Of a stretch of DNA of 64,000 nt, positions 13,076-27,436 are shown piece by piece; the first letter of the stretch is position 1; every line of letters begins with the position of its first letter. The notes under the pieces are model-generated. The model was given only the letters and a program-made list of their open reading frames with translations, was not told where the DNA came from and did not search any database. A program made the position numbers and the translations under genes. The stretch covers positions 137,144,001 to 137,208,000 of the forward strand of contig OX597818.1 in the NCBI GenBank assembly GCA_951406725.2. Direction: 5' to 3'. The stretch comes from Octopus vulgaris (lineage: Eukaryota).

Positions 13076-15464
13076 TATCAATAATAGTGATGTAAAGAAA
13101 TAAAATAACACTTGAACATATAATTATTTATTATATATATTTATTAATAAAAATTATTATCGCATCGTTACGTACATATTCTATATATTGTCAGTGTATA
13201 TTGAAGAAAATTATATATATACGGCATGCTGACGTCAACAGCCTAAACATAAAGAAGAGACAGAAAGGTTGGTTTATATAAACTAGTGTTGTTAAGTACT
13301 TGACGTGGAAATTCTAGTATAGACTAAATTAAACGTAATACTAACCATCAGCAAAAGTAAGTCTCACCTCTATAGTAAGCCGAACGCTGAAATAATATAC
13401 ATATATAAAGATTCAAACCACTTGCTTATAATCATTAGCCACATTACCAACAACGTTAGTAGACATATCTCTAATCTATCATTAAACAAAGAAACATTTA
13501 AGCCGTTTCACGTACAACAGAATAAGAAGCTGTTCTAGTGAGAAGCTAAAGTATGCAGAACTGTCTCCAACAAGAACCACTGAGTAAATGAATCATACGT
13601 AGTGTATAAATATATCAGAAAATATAGCTAAGAGTTTCCAGACCTCCTTGTTCGATATCACAACACTTTTAATTGTAATTCTATCAATGTCAGTTATAGT
13701 TGTTTGTGCAACATGCAGTAAAAAATATGCTGCAGATAATCAGAAATCCAGAAGTAGTCATCACACCCCAAATGTAACTATAACACTATAGTTAAGTGTC
13801 CCTTTAATGAAAGATTTCAGTTGAATGATTGTTATATAAAACCGATGAAGGAGTAAGTTATTGATGACGCGAGTTTACTGAAAATTTGTGCAAGACCCGA
13901 TACTCGCAAAACACTGATTCGTGGTCAAAATCAAATGAAGTTGAAATGGAGGGCAAAGGACAGAGATATACACTGTCACAATCAAATAGAACAGGCATAG
14001 GCAACCTCTTTCGATGAGGGGTCCGCATGAAACATGGCTCATCATTAAGTAGGCCGTAGTTTCCGCATGACTGATAAAGCGCAAGGGTGTAAACATACAA
14101 CAATCTCGGAAATAACTGCAATGTATGTTGATTCTAGAAGTTTCTCGGTTGCACGAACACGAAAAGAGGAACATGTTCCTCTTGTTTGGAAAGTGGACTC
14201 ACAAAATGAGAAATTCATTCAAACGTTACAGAGTATGAGCATTCATGGTAAATAATTCGCTGCAATTTGCAGCAAGTTTAAAACAAATTTTTTTTTATCT
14301 AATTAATTTTCCTCTTTATCTAATTTTCAGAATATTGATTCTTTACCATAGGTCAATCAAGTAATTGAATCAAAGTACAGCGCACATTCATAAATGTCAA
14401 TATTGATATTTTCTTGTGAGTGAGAAGCGACAGCCATGATAGTGTGAAACTAAGCACGCTACTGACGGTGTTTTTCCATCCATTCGCTTTCTTATTATAT
14501 TAAACATACCAATTACATGTACAGTAAACCATTATGAATAACATTCGTAAAAGTTAGATCAATATTGTCAGCTTCAGAATATAGGAAACCGCGTTCAACC
14601 TGTAATAAGCAGTAGCCAAATACTCCTCAAATCAAACTCTAATCATCTATGGCTAGATTATTTGTCACCTGAGGCATATAAACAAAGATTATATGCCTTA
14701 TAATGACATCAAAATTAATTGATATGTTCAAAATGTAATGAGCAAAGAATAGCAGACGTTGTCTAAACGAAAAGTTCTACATTCTGAAGCAACCGGCTTA
14801 ACCAGGAATTGGAGACAGTGTACAAGTGTCGCCATCGGCTGTTGATTTCTTTGCAAAAATTCTCAAATTCTTTGACGGTCGAATGTTACAACCTATGGAA
14901 GTCGTTTCTAATGAATAGCCTTCAACCTAACAGAATATTCATCATAAAGGTAACTATGTCTAGACTTTTTCGTCTACAATACACAAGTGAAGAACGAAAA
15001 ATTTGTAGAGCGAAACAATTTGGATCACGTAAATGATATGTGCACATGTAGATTTAACATTTTCCGCCATATTTCACATGATCGTTGAACGATCGCAGCG
15101 GCATTTACCCACAGCGTAACAAACTCCGAGTAACGATGGTATAAATGCAGAGAAGCTTTCTTAATATATATAAATACTAAATTATGCATCAAGAGCATGT
15201 TCCTTCCGTGTGTGTATACATTTGCAAATAATATGTATATAAGTATATATGTTTATCTGTATGTGTATATAAGTATTTATGTTTATATGTATATATATAT
15301 GTGTGTATGTATGTATGTTTTTTATGTATGTATGAATGTATGTATCTATCTAGCTATCTATACACGTACATACATACATGCATACATACATACATACATA
15401 CATACATACATACATACATACATACATACATACATACAACGAAACATTCGAAGCGACAAGTCAT

Positions 15465-15660
15465 AAAGTTAATCCAAGCATGAAAACACAACAACGTGAG
15501 GACGTGGAACAAGTATAGTATTATTGGCCGCTCAGGAAAGAAGGAAAAAAGGAGGGTTTAATGTTTCGAGCGGAGCTCTTCGTCAGAAACGTAGGAAAAG
15601 GAAAGATCCAAAGAAGGGAAGACGGAGGAAAAAAAATCGCCAACGGTACACACGCGGTCA

Positions 15661-15663
<3 letters not shown>
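15465..15663 (-). mobile_element. Short non-coding HHR-bearing repeat (family H1)
   Basis: Reverse-complement homolog of 53803-54010; abuts a (TA)n tract. Confidence 0.8.
15556..15590 (-). ncRNA. Minimal type I hammerhead ribozyme motif
   Basis: Minus: GTTT-CTGACGA-A-GAGC-TCC-GCTC-GAAAC-ATT-AAAC. Canonical core; stem III has a G>A change relative to the 53872 copy. Confidence 0.65.
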
Positions 15664-15705
<42 letters not shown>

Positions 15706-15867
15706 TATGTATATATTTTTATACCTGCATCTCTCTCTCTATCTGTCTATCTATGAAACTCATTTTCATATCCACATGCTTGCTGATACGTCTACAAAAC
15801 ATAAATATAGAAATATAAATACAAATGTAGCTAGATTTGCTAAATCAAAGCTGGAGTGGGAAAAGCA

Positions 15868-15985
15868 GCAAAACAACAAAACTAACAACAGCAGCAAGAA
15901 CAACAACAACAACAATTGCAGCAGCAGTAGCAGTAGCAGAATCAACAGCAGCAGCAGCAGCAGCAGCAGCACCACCACCACCACC

Positions 15986-16017
<32 letters not shown>

Positions 16018-16040
16018 AAGCAACAACGGTAGTAACAATG
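15868..16040. repeat. (CAA)/(CAG)/(CAC) trinucleotide compound repeat
   Basis: Directly visible. Confidence 0.9.
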
Positions 16041-16323
16041 ACATCTACAACCACTTTGAAGTTCCCTTGTTGATACGAAGCAGAGATTCATTAGAACTCA
16101 CGCCGTTAATAGCAGCTGGATTTAAATATGACGGCAGATTCCATACGTTTCTGTCCTAAAACTTTAACAACGTATTAAGGAACTGCACGTCTCCCACGCA
16201 GAATCTTCAGAGATGTAGCATTAGGCGACTCAGCATCTCTTTAATAAGAATTTTATATAAAAAGAGAAAATACTCATACTTGGTTGCCAAAATTAATATC
16301 AAGATTTCCTGGACATGCGTATC

Positions 16324-16459
16324 TGTATGTATGTACGTATGTATGTATGTATGTATGTATGTATGTATGTATGTATGTATGTATGTATGTATGTATGTAT
16401 GTATGTGTGTATGTATGTATGTATGTATGTATGTATGTATGTATATCTATATCTATATC

Positions 16460-16514
<55 letters not shown>

Positions 16515-16710
16515 ACACACACACATATAAATACGAACGTACATACGTATACACATACACTTATATATTTACGTGCATCTGTTCTCATACTGTGTAAACT
16601 CTTAATTGTGTTGACTGCTGTTTTACTTATGAAGTCTTTCAATGTGTGTGTATATATATAGGTATATATATATATGCATATATATACGTATGTATATATA
16701 TATATATACA

Positions 16711-16754
<44 letters not shown>

Positions 16755-16781
16755 TATATATATATATATATATATGCATAC

Positions 16782-16821
<40 letters not shown>

Positions 16822-16930
16822 GCATATATCTATATCTATATTTATCTATCTATCTACCTATATAGATTGATAGTGATAGATAGACAGACAGACAGATAGA
16901 TAGATAGATAGATAGATAAATAGATATAGA
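16324..16930. repeat. (TATG)n/(TA)n/(GATA)n microsatellites
   Basis: Directly visible. Confidence 0.95.
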
Positions 16931-17082
16931 TACACACACAAACATGCACACACATACACACATATATACAAATGTGTATGTATGTATAAGTATATATGTA
17001 TGGATGCCTCTGCATATATGCTTATTCTTCTCTCACATCTCATGCCCGCCTTCCCTTTTCAAAATATCTCTCTCCTCTGTGC

Positions 17083-17125
<43 letters not shown>

Positions 17126-18196
17126 AGGAGACAGGGACGAGGCTAAAAACGAAGAGAAGAAAGAAATGCTTTGTAAGTGGGGAGTAGAAAATAAGTTAGG
17201 TGACAACTGAAGAAGACTTTCAGATGATGTAACGGATTAGAAGAAAAGGACGAGACGAGATATGGATTGCTGTATGGTGGTGTTTTTATTCGCCCAGTTC
17301 CGTTTTCTTCAGAGTTGTCTCTGCTTTTAGCTGATGTGTCGCTGTGTTAATGGCTGAACATACGACAGTTGGACGACGATGTTTTTATGGCGTGCTGCGT
17401 TCTCAAATATTGGTTCATGACAAATTTGATTGGCAGAAAAGTAACTCGAACCGACCAAGAGGACGATGACTCCACCGCCAACTCCATCAAAACCATCGCT
17501 ATTATCACCAACACCAGTAGTATCATTGCCACCATCAATAATAACAATACAGCCAAAATTTTATCATGTTCAGTTCTGCAGAAGAAAAGCGGTAGATTGA
17601 TAAAGGACAAATTATAAAGGAAAAAAAAAAGAAACAAGAAGAAAGAGGGTATGAAGAATGTATGAATGAAAATAGGAATAGATCGACGTGTGATCCCATA
17701 AATCAATAGCAGGCAATATGGTCGGATTGCCAATGTAAGCATAAATGAATTTCTTGTATTTGTTTTTCTTCCACTTTCCGATTAGATATATCCGGATTCA
17801 TTTCTGATAATACGTTTTGCAGTGATGCATTAACAAACTTGAGAGCTCATCCCAAGTTTTATGCGTGAAACCTGGGACAAATCAACAACACTGACGCACA
17901 ATATAAATAAAGAAAATAAAAAGTCCATTCTTCCATGTAGAAAGAAATTCATGGGTGGAAATATGCTCCTCGAGTAGTTGAGTTATCGAGAATGTTGTTC
18001 GTCAAGGATACGATATTGTACGGAATTAAAAATCCCGGATAATGCTTTACGATGTATTTTTCAAAGAAAGGAAAGGACCTAAGTAAAATATCTGAGAAGA
18101 AGCCCATATATGAAAATCGGAAGTTAAAGTATCTGCAAATATATAGATACTAGGTGTAGGGCAGCTGAAATTCAACTGATATCCTGTCAGTTTACA

Positions 18197-18221
18197 TAAT
18201 AATGGTAATAATAATAATAAC

Positions 18222-18276
<55 letters not shown>

Positions 18277-18282
18277 GTAGTA

Positions 18283-18371
<89 letters not shown>

Positions 18372-18408
18372 AATAATAATAATAATGATGATGAAGATGA
18401 TGATGATG

Positions 18409-18445
<37 letters not shown>

Positions 18446-18510
18446 TGATGATGATGAGGATGATGATGATGACGATGATAATAATAATAATGATGATGAT
18501 AATAATAATG

Positions 18511-18580
<70 letters not shown>

Positions 18581-18637
18581 TGATGATGATGATGATGATG
18601 ATAATAATAATAATAATAGTAATAATAATAATAATAC
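18197..18637. repeat. (TAA)n/(TGA)n trinucleotide repeat
   Basis: Directly visible. Confidence 0.95.
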
Positions 18638-19000
18638 TAGTAGATTATTAGAAAGTCTGTTCATCCTATATTACTATGTTTATATGAATGTATATGTATG
18701 AATTCTACACACATCACACATATGTGTGCGTATGCACGCACATAAACAGCACGATGCATAGAAAACTCGAACCCACGAGACTATATACCACTTTCTGTTC
18801 ACAGACATAAGGCACACACAATTCAGGCACTTCGCCTACCCTCCCCTGCATTTGAAGACCAGATCTGACTGGCCCAGTACTTCCGGTCAATTAACAGCCA
18901 TGTAAGATAACGAGTAGATGTTGGCTCTATTGCTTTATCTTTTTCTTATATTTTTGTCTTTTTTTCTTTTGTCGTTCTTCCCTCTTTTTCCACTCTCCAG

Positions 19001-19036
19001 CTATATGCCGATGAAGGGTCAACGTTCGAAACGTCG
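19001..19036 (+). ncRNA. Degenerate hammerhead motif in an H1-related repeat (~18900-19110)
   Basis: CCGATGA-AGGGTCAACGTTC-GAAAC-GTC, followed by CTGAGCG...TAATTTGTTCC as in the other H1 copies. Confidence 0.5.
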
Positions 19037-19172
19037 TAATTAGTCCACTCCTTCTCCTTTACTGAGCGAGAACCTAATCATCACGTATTTCTTTGTAATT
19101 TGTTCCTCTATTTTTCTCTCTCTTTCTCCCTCTCTCACTCACTTTTTCTCTCTCTACGTATATATGTATATA

Positions 19173-19562
19173 TACTCTTTACTCTTTTTTACTTGTTTCA
19201 GTCATTTGACTGCGGCCATGCTGGTTCACCGCCTTTTAGTCGAGCAAATCGAACCCAGGTCTTATTCTTTGTAAGCCCAGTACTTATTCTATCGGTCTGT
19301 TTTGCCGAACCGCTAAGTGACGGTGACGTAAACACACCAATGCTAGGGGGACAAACACGCACACACAAACACACACACATACATATATATACATATATAC
19401 GACGGGCTTCTTTCAGTTTCCGTCTACCAAATCCTCTCACAAGGCATTGGTGGGCCCGGGGCTATAGCAGAAGTCAATTGCCCAAGATGCCACGCAGTGG
19501 GACTGAACCCGGAACTATGTGGTTGGTTAGCAAGCTACTTACCACACAGCCACTCCTGCGCC
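19173..19562 (-). mobile_element. tRNA-derived SINE family C, full length, internal (TA)/(TG) microsatellite
   Basis: Minus head GGCGCAGGAGTGGCTGTGTGGTAAG...GGTTCAGTCCC; CORE-like CTTGGGCAA; tail GACTGAAACAAGTAAAA. Confidence 0.9.
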
Positions 19563-19830
19563 TATATCAAAAGGATGTGTTATAATACTATTCCACATAT
19601 ACGAAAACAGCCATACCAACAATCCAACATACCTCCATCATCAGTTGCCCCACGGATATCATTATGGTTTTGACACCTAGGCAGTACCAATCAATCCGGC
19701 GACAACACTAAAATAAGTGTTGTTTGGGAACAAACCAAAGAAACTACAACTTTCAAACACATTTACCCTATGTGCAACCGTATTGGTAAATAAATTCAAT
19801 AAGTAAATTAAATGCACATATATACATATA

Positions 19831-19991
19831 GGCGCATGAGTGACTGTGTAGTAAAAAGCTTGCTACTCAATCACATGGTTTCGGAGTCAGTCCCACTGCG
19901 TGACACCTTGGGCAGGTATCTTCTACTATAGCCTCGGATCGGCCAAAGCCTTTTGAGTGGATTTCGTAGACGGAAACTGAAAGAAGCCTGT

Positions 19992-20035
<44 letters not shown>

Positions 20036-20476
20036 AGAGGGATGACCACTACGTGGACATCTATTATGCTAGGAGTAGATCCGCTAAGGTCTTACCACAA
20101 AGAAAGGAATGTTCTCAAGAAAATTTTAGCAAACGCCAGAACGTAAGCGAGCAAGACAAATGAACAGAAACAAAATATAGAAATGATCATAAACTAATTT
20201 CGCTATTATTACTTGTGTAATTACTTACGTAATTGCCCGTAGCTCATCAGTGTGATCTTCTTTGCAAATATAATTCGCAGAACTATACACGAGACGTCCG
20301 CATGAGATTAAACATGTATACAGTTCCCTCTTATATGGATGTAATATACTTTTTCTGTATCTTCAGATTTTAATATGCTAGACTAATGGTTTAAATTGAT
20401 ATTAATCAAATTAATATTCAATTTTTCACCCTTATTATATTAAATTTAAATATATATATATATATATATATACACT

Positions 20477-20550
<74 letters not shown>

Positions 20551-20762
20551 CACATATATATTTATGTGTGTGTCTTTGTTTCTGTATTTGACCCCCAATC
20601 GTCACTTGACAACCAATGTTGGCGTGTTTGCGTCCCCGTAAGCTAGCGGTTCGGCAAAAGAGACTGATAGAATAAGTACTAGACTCACAAAGAATAAGTC
20701 CTGGTGTCGATTTGATTGGCCGCCGTCAAACGGCTGAAACAATAAAAAAGACAGTAAAAGAA
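19831..20762 (+). mobile_element. SINE family C split by an insertion in its internal microsatellite
   Basis: 5' half 19831-19993 and 3' half ~20565-20762 are collinear, with a foreign segment at 20030-20450 between them. Confidence 0.75.
20030..20450. repeat. (TA)n-embedded repeat related to 23341-23510
   Basis: Shares CATATAAGAGGGAT.ACCACTA.GTGGACATC and AATTGATATTAATCAAATTAATATTCAATTTTTCACCC. Confidence 0.7.
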
Positions 20763-20802
20763 TATATATACATACATGCATGCATATATATATATATAAA
20801 TA

Positions 20803-20860
<58 letters not shown>

Positions 20861-21188
20861 CATATATACATACACGTATATGTATAACGCTAATGCAAGT
20901 ATATCTGTGTACGCAACCCCCAAGCCTCAAACAACATTTTAGATCAATCTATAATGATAGCGAAAATGTTACGAATTCCTTTTTTGAACACATTTCAAAC
21001 AAATGTAGCTTTTATCGTCCATTCACTAAACCATCTTTGTTCGTTTTCCACAATTCTCATTATCAGGGCTCATTTTCTCTCTTAATTTCTACCCTTATCT
21101 TTATGCTTAGATTCATATAATGTCACTCTAGCCCATCAGTCTAACTTTATTTTGGGATTATATAGAAACCATAGTTTTATCATGAGTT

Positions 21189-21512
21189 TACAACATCATA
21201 AGCGGAAAGTGTAACCTCTCGAAAGAGCTGTTTTTCACTCCTGCTCCAGAGCGTCGGCTGCGGGGTCATTCCGAAAAGCTCTATCTGCGACGATTTCATC
21301 TCAATCGAAGGAGCGGGGCTTTCTCCGTCCGGGTTGCGGATCCGTGGAACAAGCTGCCAGACGAGATGGTGAAGATGCCGACGACCGCTTTGTTCAAAGT
21401 CTCCCTTGATCTCAAGTGGCCTGAACTCTTTACATGAACACCACCCTGTACATAACTCCATGTCCCCCTACATGGCCTTGCTTTTTGCTTTTTGAGCCAA
21501 AAATTAACTAAC
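21189..21512 (+). mobile_element. 5'-truncated CR1-clade LINE 3' end (ORF2 C-terminus + 3' UTR)
   Basis: Open frame 21189-21437: YNIISGKCNLSKELFFTPAPERRLRGHSEKLYLRRFHLNRRSGAFSVRVADPWNKLPDEMVKMPTTALFKVSLD (RGH..KL / FS.RV...WN.LP motifs); short TAAC tail. Confidence 0.85.
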
Positions 21513-21635
21513 TTATCACATTTATAATTTAATCATTTAATTATAGCAGGGATAAAGGCGACGGATCAATGCAATCCATTAGTCCCCTCTTCCAGAATTT
21601 TAGATCTTCTGCCTAGAGTAGAGAAAACTATTAAA

Positions 21636-21832
21636 GGCAGTGGGCTGGCAGAATCGTTAGCAACGTCGGGCAAGATGTTTAGTAGCGTTTCTTCCCGCTC
21701 TACGTTCTGAGTTCGTATTCTGCCGGGATCGACTTTTGGGGCCGATGAAATAAGTATTAGTTAAACACTGAGGCCAATGAAATCGATTAGCCCCGTTTCC
21801 ACAAATTTCGTGCCTTGAGCCTAAATAGAAAT
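21636..21832 (+). mobile_element. SINE family A, old degenerate copy
   Basis: GGCAGTGGGCTGGCAGAATCGTTAG...ACGTTCTGAGTTCG. Confidence 0.7.
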
Positions 21833-22471
21833 AAATGTATTTTCACATTTCGTTATTTCATAATTTCGATGTTTCAAAGTTATTTCAATAATTTTGTCGT
21901 TCCCATTCATTCAGTATTTATTTATTTCCGTTTTTATTATTACAAATGTTTAAAAGTTATTTCACATAATTGTGTTTCTGTTGTCCTTTGTTATTTCAGT
22001 ATCATTCGATCGAAGTTATTTCATTATTTATATTATGGACTTTCTTATAAATGCTTAAATTTAAATATTTTACGTTTCCTTCTTTACTGGAAATGTTAAG
22101 CAAAAAAAAAAAAAAAAAATGGTGGACATCGTGAGGTGACTACATGTGCAACGTTTGATGAGGAATTTTGGCCGTTACAATCGATCACATACAGTCTCTG
22201 TAGTTGACAAGCTGAAACGAAAATTTTAAATGTAGAATCATTTTCTGAAAAGCATAACAGTTACACGTGGAGCGTAATAATTAGTGTTAAATATAAATTT
22301 ATGATTAAAATCCCTGCAGCAGTTTTAACAAAGAAAACCCTACTGAATTAAGAAAAATAGTTTTTTTTTTTCTTAAAAAAGAACCATACTGAAACAGAAG
22401 AAATGAAATTTAAATGTTAAGTTTCAGATGCAATTTAAAGCCCTAAAGCAGTTTTAGCACCACAAAACCTA

Positions 22472-22475
<4 letters not shown>

Positions 22476-22536
<61 letters not shown>

Positions 22537-22607
22537 TGGTGATAATAATGAGGATGATGATAATAATAATGATGATGATAATAATAATGATGATGATAAT
22601 AATAATG

Positions 22608-22674
<67 letters not shown>

Positions 22675-22748
22675 TGATAATAATAATAATAATAATAATG
22701 ATAATAATAATAATGATGATAATGATAATAATAATAATAATAATAATG

Positions 22749-22794
<46 letters not shown>

Positions 22795-22810
22795 TGATAA
22801 TGATGATAAT

Positions 22811-22869
<59 letters not shown>

Positions 22870-22882
22870 CAATAATGATAAT
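22476..22882. repeat. (TAA)n/(TGA)n repeat
   Basis: Directly visible. Confidence 0.95.
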
Positions 22883-23340
22883 AAAAAACAAAAAATAAAA
22901 CACCTCCTTTTGAATACTGAGCAAGAATAATTCAAAATGACATTTTAGTTTGAGACAAAAAATTAATCCCTGTTCGTCGCATACCATGTTAAAGTACAAA
23001 AGAACAAATTGGACAGAGCAATTTTATATGCAAAGTGACGAGATATATATATTGCATGAACTGGCAGTAAAGGACCTGGAGAATGGTGTTTCTTCTAGAA
23101 TATGTGTGTGAGTGAGTGTGTGTGTGTGCACACATACAAACACACACTCACACACATGAACGTTATATTTTACTATCTGAAATTAAGACAGCAGTAACTC
23201 TAGGTGTTTGGGTCACTTCTGTTAAAATCCGTACTAATAGAAATATGTTCACTCCACTTTACTTTGTATTTTCCTTTCTGTTTGTGTGATCGCACGTACA
23301 TGTATGCATTGTATATACGTACGTATATATATGTATATAT

Positions 23341-23433
23341 TACATACATATAAGAGGGATAACCACTAAGTGGACATCCATTATTTCTAGCAAAATGAAT
23401 GTCCACTTAGTGGTCATCCCCCTTATATGTATG
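23341..23433. repeat. Fold-back palindrome (~40-bp arms)
   Basis: CATATAAGAGGGATAACCACTAAGTGGACAT ... ATGTCCACTTAGTGGTCATCCCCCTTATATG. Confidence 0.8.
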
Positions 23434-24059
23434 CAATATAATTTTTCTGAATATATAATTGATATTAATCAAATTAATATTCAATTTTTCACCCATACTA
23501 TGTTATATATATATATATATATATCATTCAATAGATATAGTTTTCTTGTATATATAAACTGTAGCAGAATTATATTATAGATATGTATGTATAATGGATT
23601 TTATTCTTAATTTCATTCAAAAAATTTTACCTTCTGTATGAAATGTGGTAAACGGGAATTCCAACAGAGGAGGTTGTTTGTGTTATTCTGCCACTCAGTT
23701 TAATACTGTAGTAATTTTCACTGCCTAGGCATCGATTGCTATTAGTAGAGCGCGTTCTGATTTAAACATTTGGGTCCTGTTTCCAGTGCAAGGATAGCTC
23801 ATTTTCACTAATCGCTCTGGTCCTTGAAAGTGATGGTTTCCGGAGATCTTTCTGTAGCTGAGTACGATAGATTTCACTTGAAAGCGTGTATGACATAGTA
23901 GTAAGTACTAAGTACAATACTTTCGCTAATTGTTTTGGGCGTCTATGTAATCGTGAAGAGACATAAACCCTCTTATCCGGCTTCCCACTTCGTGACCCAG
24001 AGGAACATCGAAGTGTGACACTCCAAGAGTAAAAAGGTCACACCATCACCCGGTTGGTG

Positions 24060-24175
24060 TAGTAATAATTTTCAGTCGACCAAAAACACAATGCACTACT
24101 CGACTGAGGAATTGAACCCGTGACTTTATGATGGTGAGCCTAACACTTTAACCACTTGGCTATGCACCTTCACAC
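24060..24175 (-). mobile_element. Degenerate tRNA-headed SINE
   Basis: Minus: GGTGCATAGCCAAGTGGTTAAAG...GGGTTCAATTCC (A and B boxes). Confidence 0.55.
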
Positions 24176-24784
24176 GTTCTTTCTCTGCTTAACACTACAA
24201 ACTTGGAAAAGGAACCTCGTCTGAGACAAAGATGTTTTCAAAAATACAAGGTCACAGACCCTTTGAATGTTCTGCACAAATCTGTAAGTTTGTGTGAGGA
24301 TATAGATGGAATATTGGGATATTGTACCAGATTTAGTTAAGCTAAAATACCGAGATTTCTTTTATTCCATAACAAAGATAAACTATAATAATCTGTATAA
24401 GAATTAATTTTGTTCTCAGATAAGTCTCTCTTATTATCCGGAAAAACTTTACTTAAACTACTTTGTTGAAAATATCTATACTTTCTGTAATACTTTTTAA
24501 CAAGAATTAAAAGTTTCTGTTGAGGTTTTAAGTTTTAAGAGTATAAGTACTAAAAAGCGTATCTTCAATAGAACAACAAATAGGCTACTTTTGTGTTATT
24601 TATTTTGCGTGTGTCTCTGTTTCACTGCATGTGCGCGTGTGTGTGCGTGTGTGTGGTGTGTTTCATATCTTATTTTTTTAAAAACATTTTTTTGCCTGTA
24701 AAAAGAAATGAATTCATTAAAAAAAATTTTTTTTTTTCAGAAAGAAAACAAACAGGTTTCCATAGTGTTGCTCAATCACAACAG

Positions 24785-24785
<1 letters not shown>

Positions 24786-24838
<53 letters not shown>

Positions 24839-24882
24839 TTTCTACAACTACCACCACCACCACCACCACCACCACCACCACC

Positions 24883-24956
<74 letters not shown>
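24786..24956. repeat. (CTA)n-(CCA)n-(CTA)n compound repeat
   Basis: Directly visible. Confidence 0.95.
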
Positions 24957-25367
24957 AGTTTCCGTTGCTAAAATTGCTACTGTTTTATTGATGATAATTA
25001 TAAGAGTGCAGCTATTAAGGTTGTTTTATTTTGTAGCGGTTGTTGCTTTTGATGTAGTTGTTACTGTTGCTGTCATTGTTGCTCTGAAATTTCCTTTATT
25101 TATGTTTTTTTTTCTTCTTCTTTTGAAAGGATACAAACTTTATATTTTCTCTTTGTTGTCGTATATTGTATGGGTGTGTGTGTGGGGTGGGAGGGACCAG
25201 GTGACGGCGTAACCATAAGACAACACAGAACCAGCAAAAGAAGCTAGGAAGCGAAATCAAGATTTTTACCGAAAAAAACCCCCCATTTATACATATACAT
25301 ACATAGACACACACACACACACACACACACAAACACGCACAAACACACACACACATAATTATATATT

Positions 25368-25750
<383 letters not shown>

Positions 25751-26041
25751 ATGTTATGTATGTAGTTACGTATGTCTAAGAATAAAATTATTCCTTAAAA
25801 TGGTAATCTCCTTCGGTGGTACCTCTAACTATCACAATCACTAACTCCACCCTACCTTCACTCCCAAACACTACCAACTCCACCCCAAACTCAGATCTAT
25901 ACCCACCCACCTAAAACATCACCCAGAAGCAACAGCAACAACAACAACAACAATAAGAAATATACCGCCATCACTACCAACATTACCATTTCTCCCAAAA
26001 TCTTTACTATTTCTCTCTTTCTCTCAAAGTGTGCCTCTCTT

Positions 26042-26090
<49 letters not shown>

Positions 26091-26227
26091 TATATATGCA
26101 CACATATGCACAATCTGTGTGCATGTGTGTGTGTGTGTGCTTCCGTACGTGTTTGCCTGTGTGTGTGTATATAACTCTTTCTGCCTACTTATCAAAAAGA
26201 TTGTGTATATATGCACATACGCAAAAC

Positions 26228-26275
<48 letters not shown>

Positions 26276-26423
26276 GTATACACACACATATATATATACA
26301 TTTATATACATATACATATACATGAATACACATGCTCACACATACACACAATATGCATATGTATGGAATCCCATAAGCGTCGTCTGGTTTGCTTCTCCTT
26401 CCATTAACTTGCAATTTCTTCAG

Positions 26424-26453
26424 CTTGAAGTAAATATGATTGACAGCTCTTTG
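26424..26453 (+). other. Candidate 30-nt spliced exon
   Basis: TTAAC branch-like site + TTTCTTCAG acceptor; TTG|GTAAGT donor; reads LEVNMIDSSL in phase 0. Confidence 0.35.
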
Positions 26454-26731
26454 GTAAGTTTTTCAAGAACTTTCTAGATAAATCTGAGATCTATATGAAT
26501 CAGCCTCAGTTCCTTCATCCTTTCTTTCTTTCGTTCTTTCTTTCTTTCTTCTTCTTCTTCTCTTGCTCCTCCTCCTCCTTCCCTCCCCTCTTTCCTCCTC
26601 ATAATAAAATTCAATTCTATATAATTTACGTAGGTATTTTCTTGATAAATGATAATCTTCAACATCCTAAATTGTATTTATGCGTACATGTATTAACGTA
26701 CTATTGCGTGCATTATAAGTGATGTCGCTCA

Positions 26732-26775
<44 letters not shown>

Positions 26776-26891
26776 TTATCTATCTATATACATATATACA
26801 TAGATACGCATACACACAAAGCCACAACTGTGCACGCATAGCATGCATGCATGTATGTATGTATGTATGTATGTATGTATGTATATATATA

Positions 26892-26931
<40 letters not shown>

Positions 26932-26982
26932 TACACACATATGTGTATATGTTTATATTTATATACATATATATTATATATA

Positions 26983-27040
<58 letters not shown>

Positions 27041-27194
27041 CGCACATACCTACATATATAACATACAGATATTCCGGCCACATAATTTCACTCATATAGG
27101 TTGGGGCAATACAAGACGATGGGAGAACACACTTTGTCCTGAACGGTATTTATCCTTGATCTCTCGTCTATATCAATGTTCTCCGATATATATG

Positions 27195-27226
<32 letters not shown>

Positions 27227-27290
27227 TGTATGTATGTATGTATGTATGTATGTATGTATGTATGTATGTATATACATATATATATGTATG

Positions 27291-27370
<80 letters not shown>

Positions 27371-27436
27371 TGTATGTATGTATGTATGTATATATATATA
27401 TATATGTTTTTGTGTTTGTGTGTGTGTGTGTGTATA

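Noticed and set aside
13858-14255. Short ORFs in unique sequence
   Set aside because: No recognisable motif, stops in flanking frames and no convincing splice signals.
15524-16159. 211-aa ORF
   Set aside because: A chimera of an H1 repeat, (TA)n and CAA/CAG/CAC repeats.
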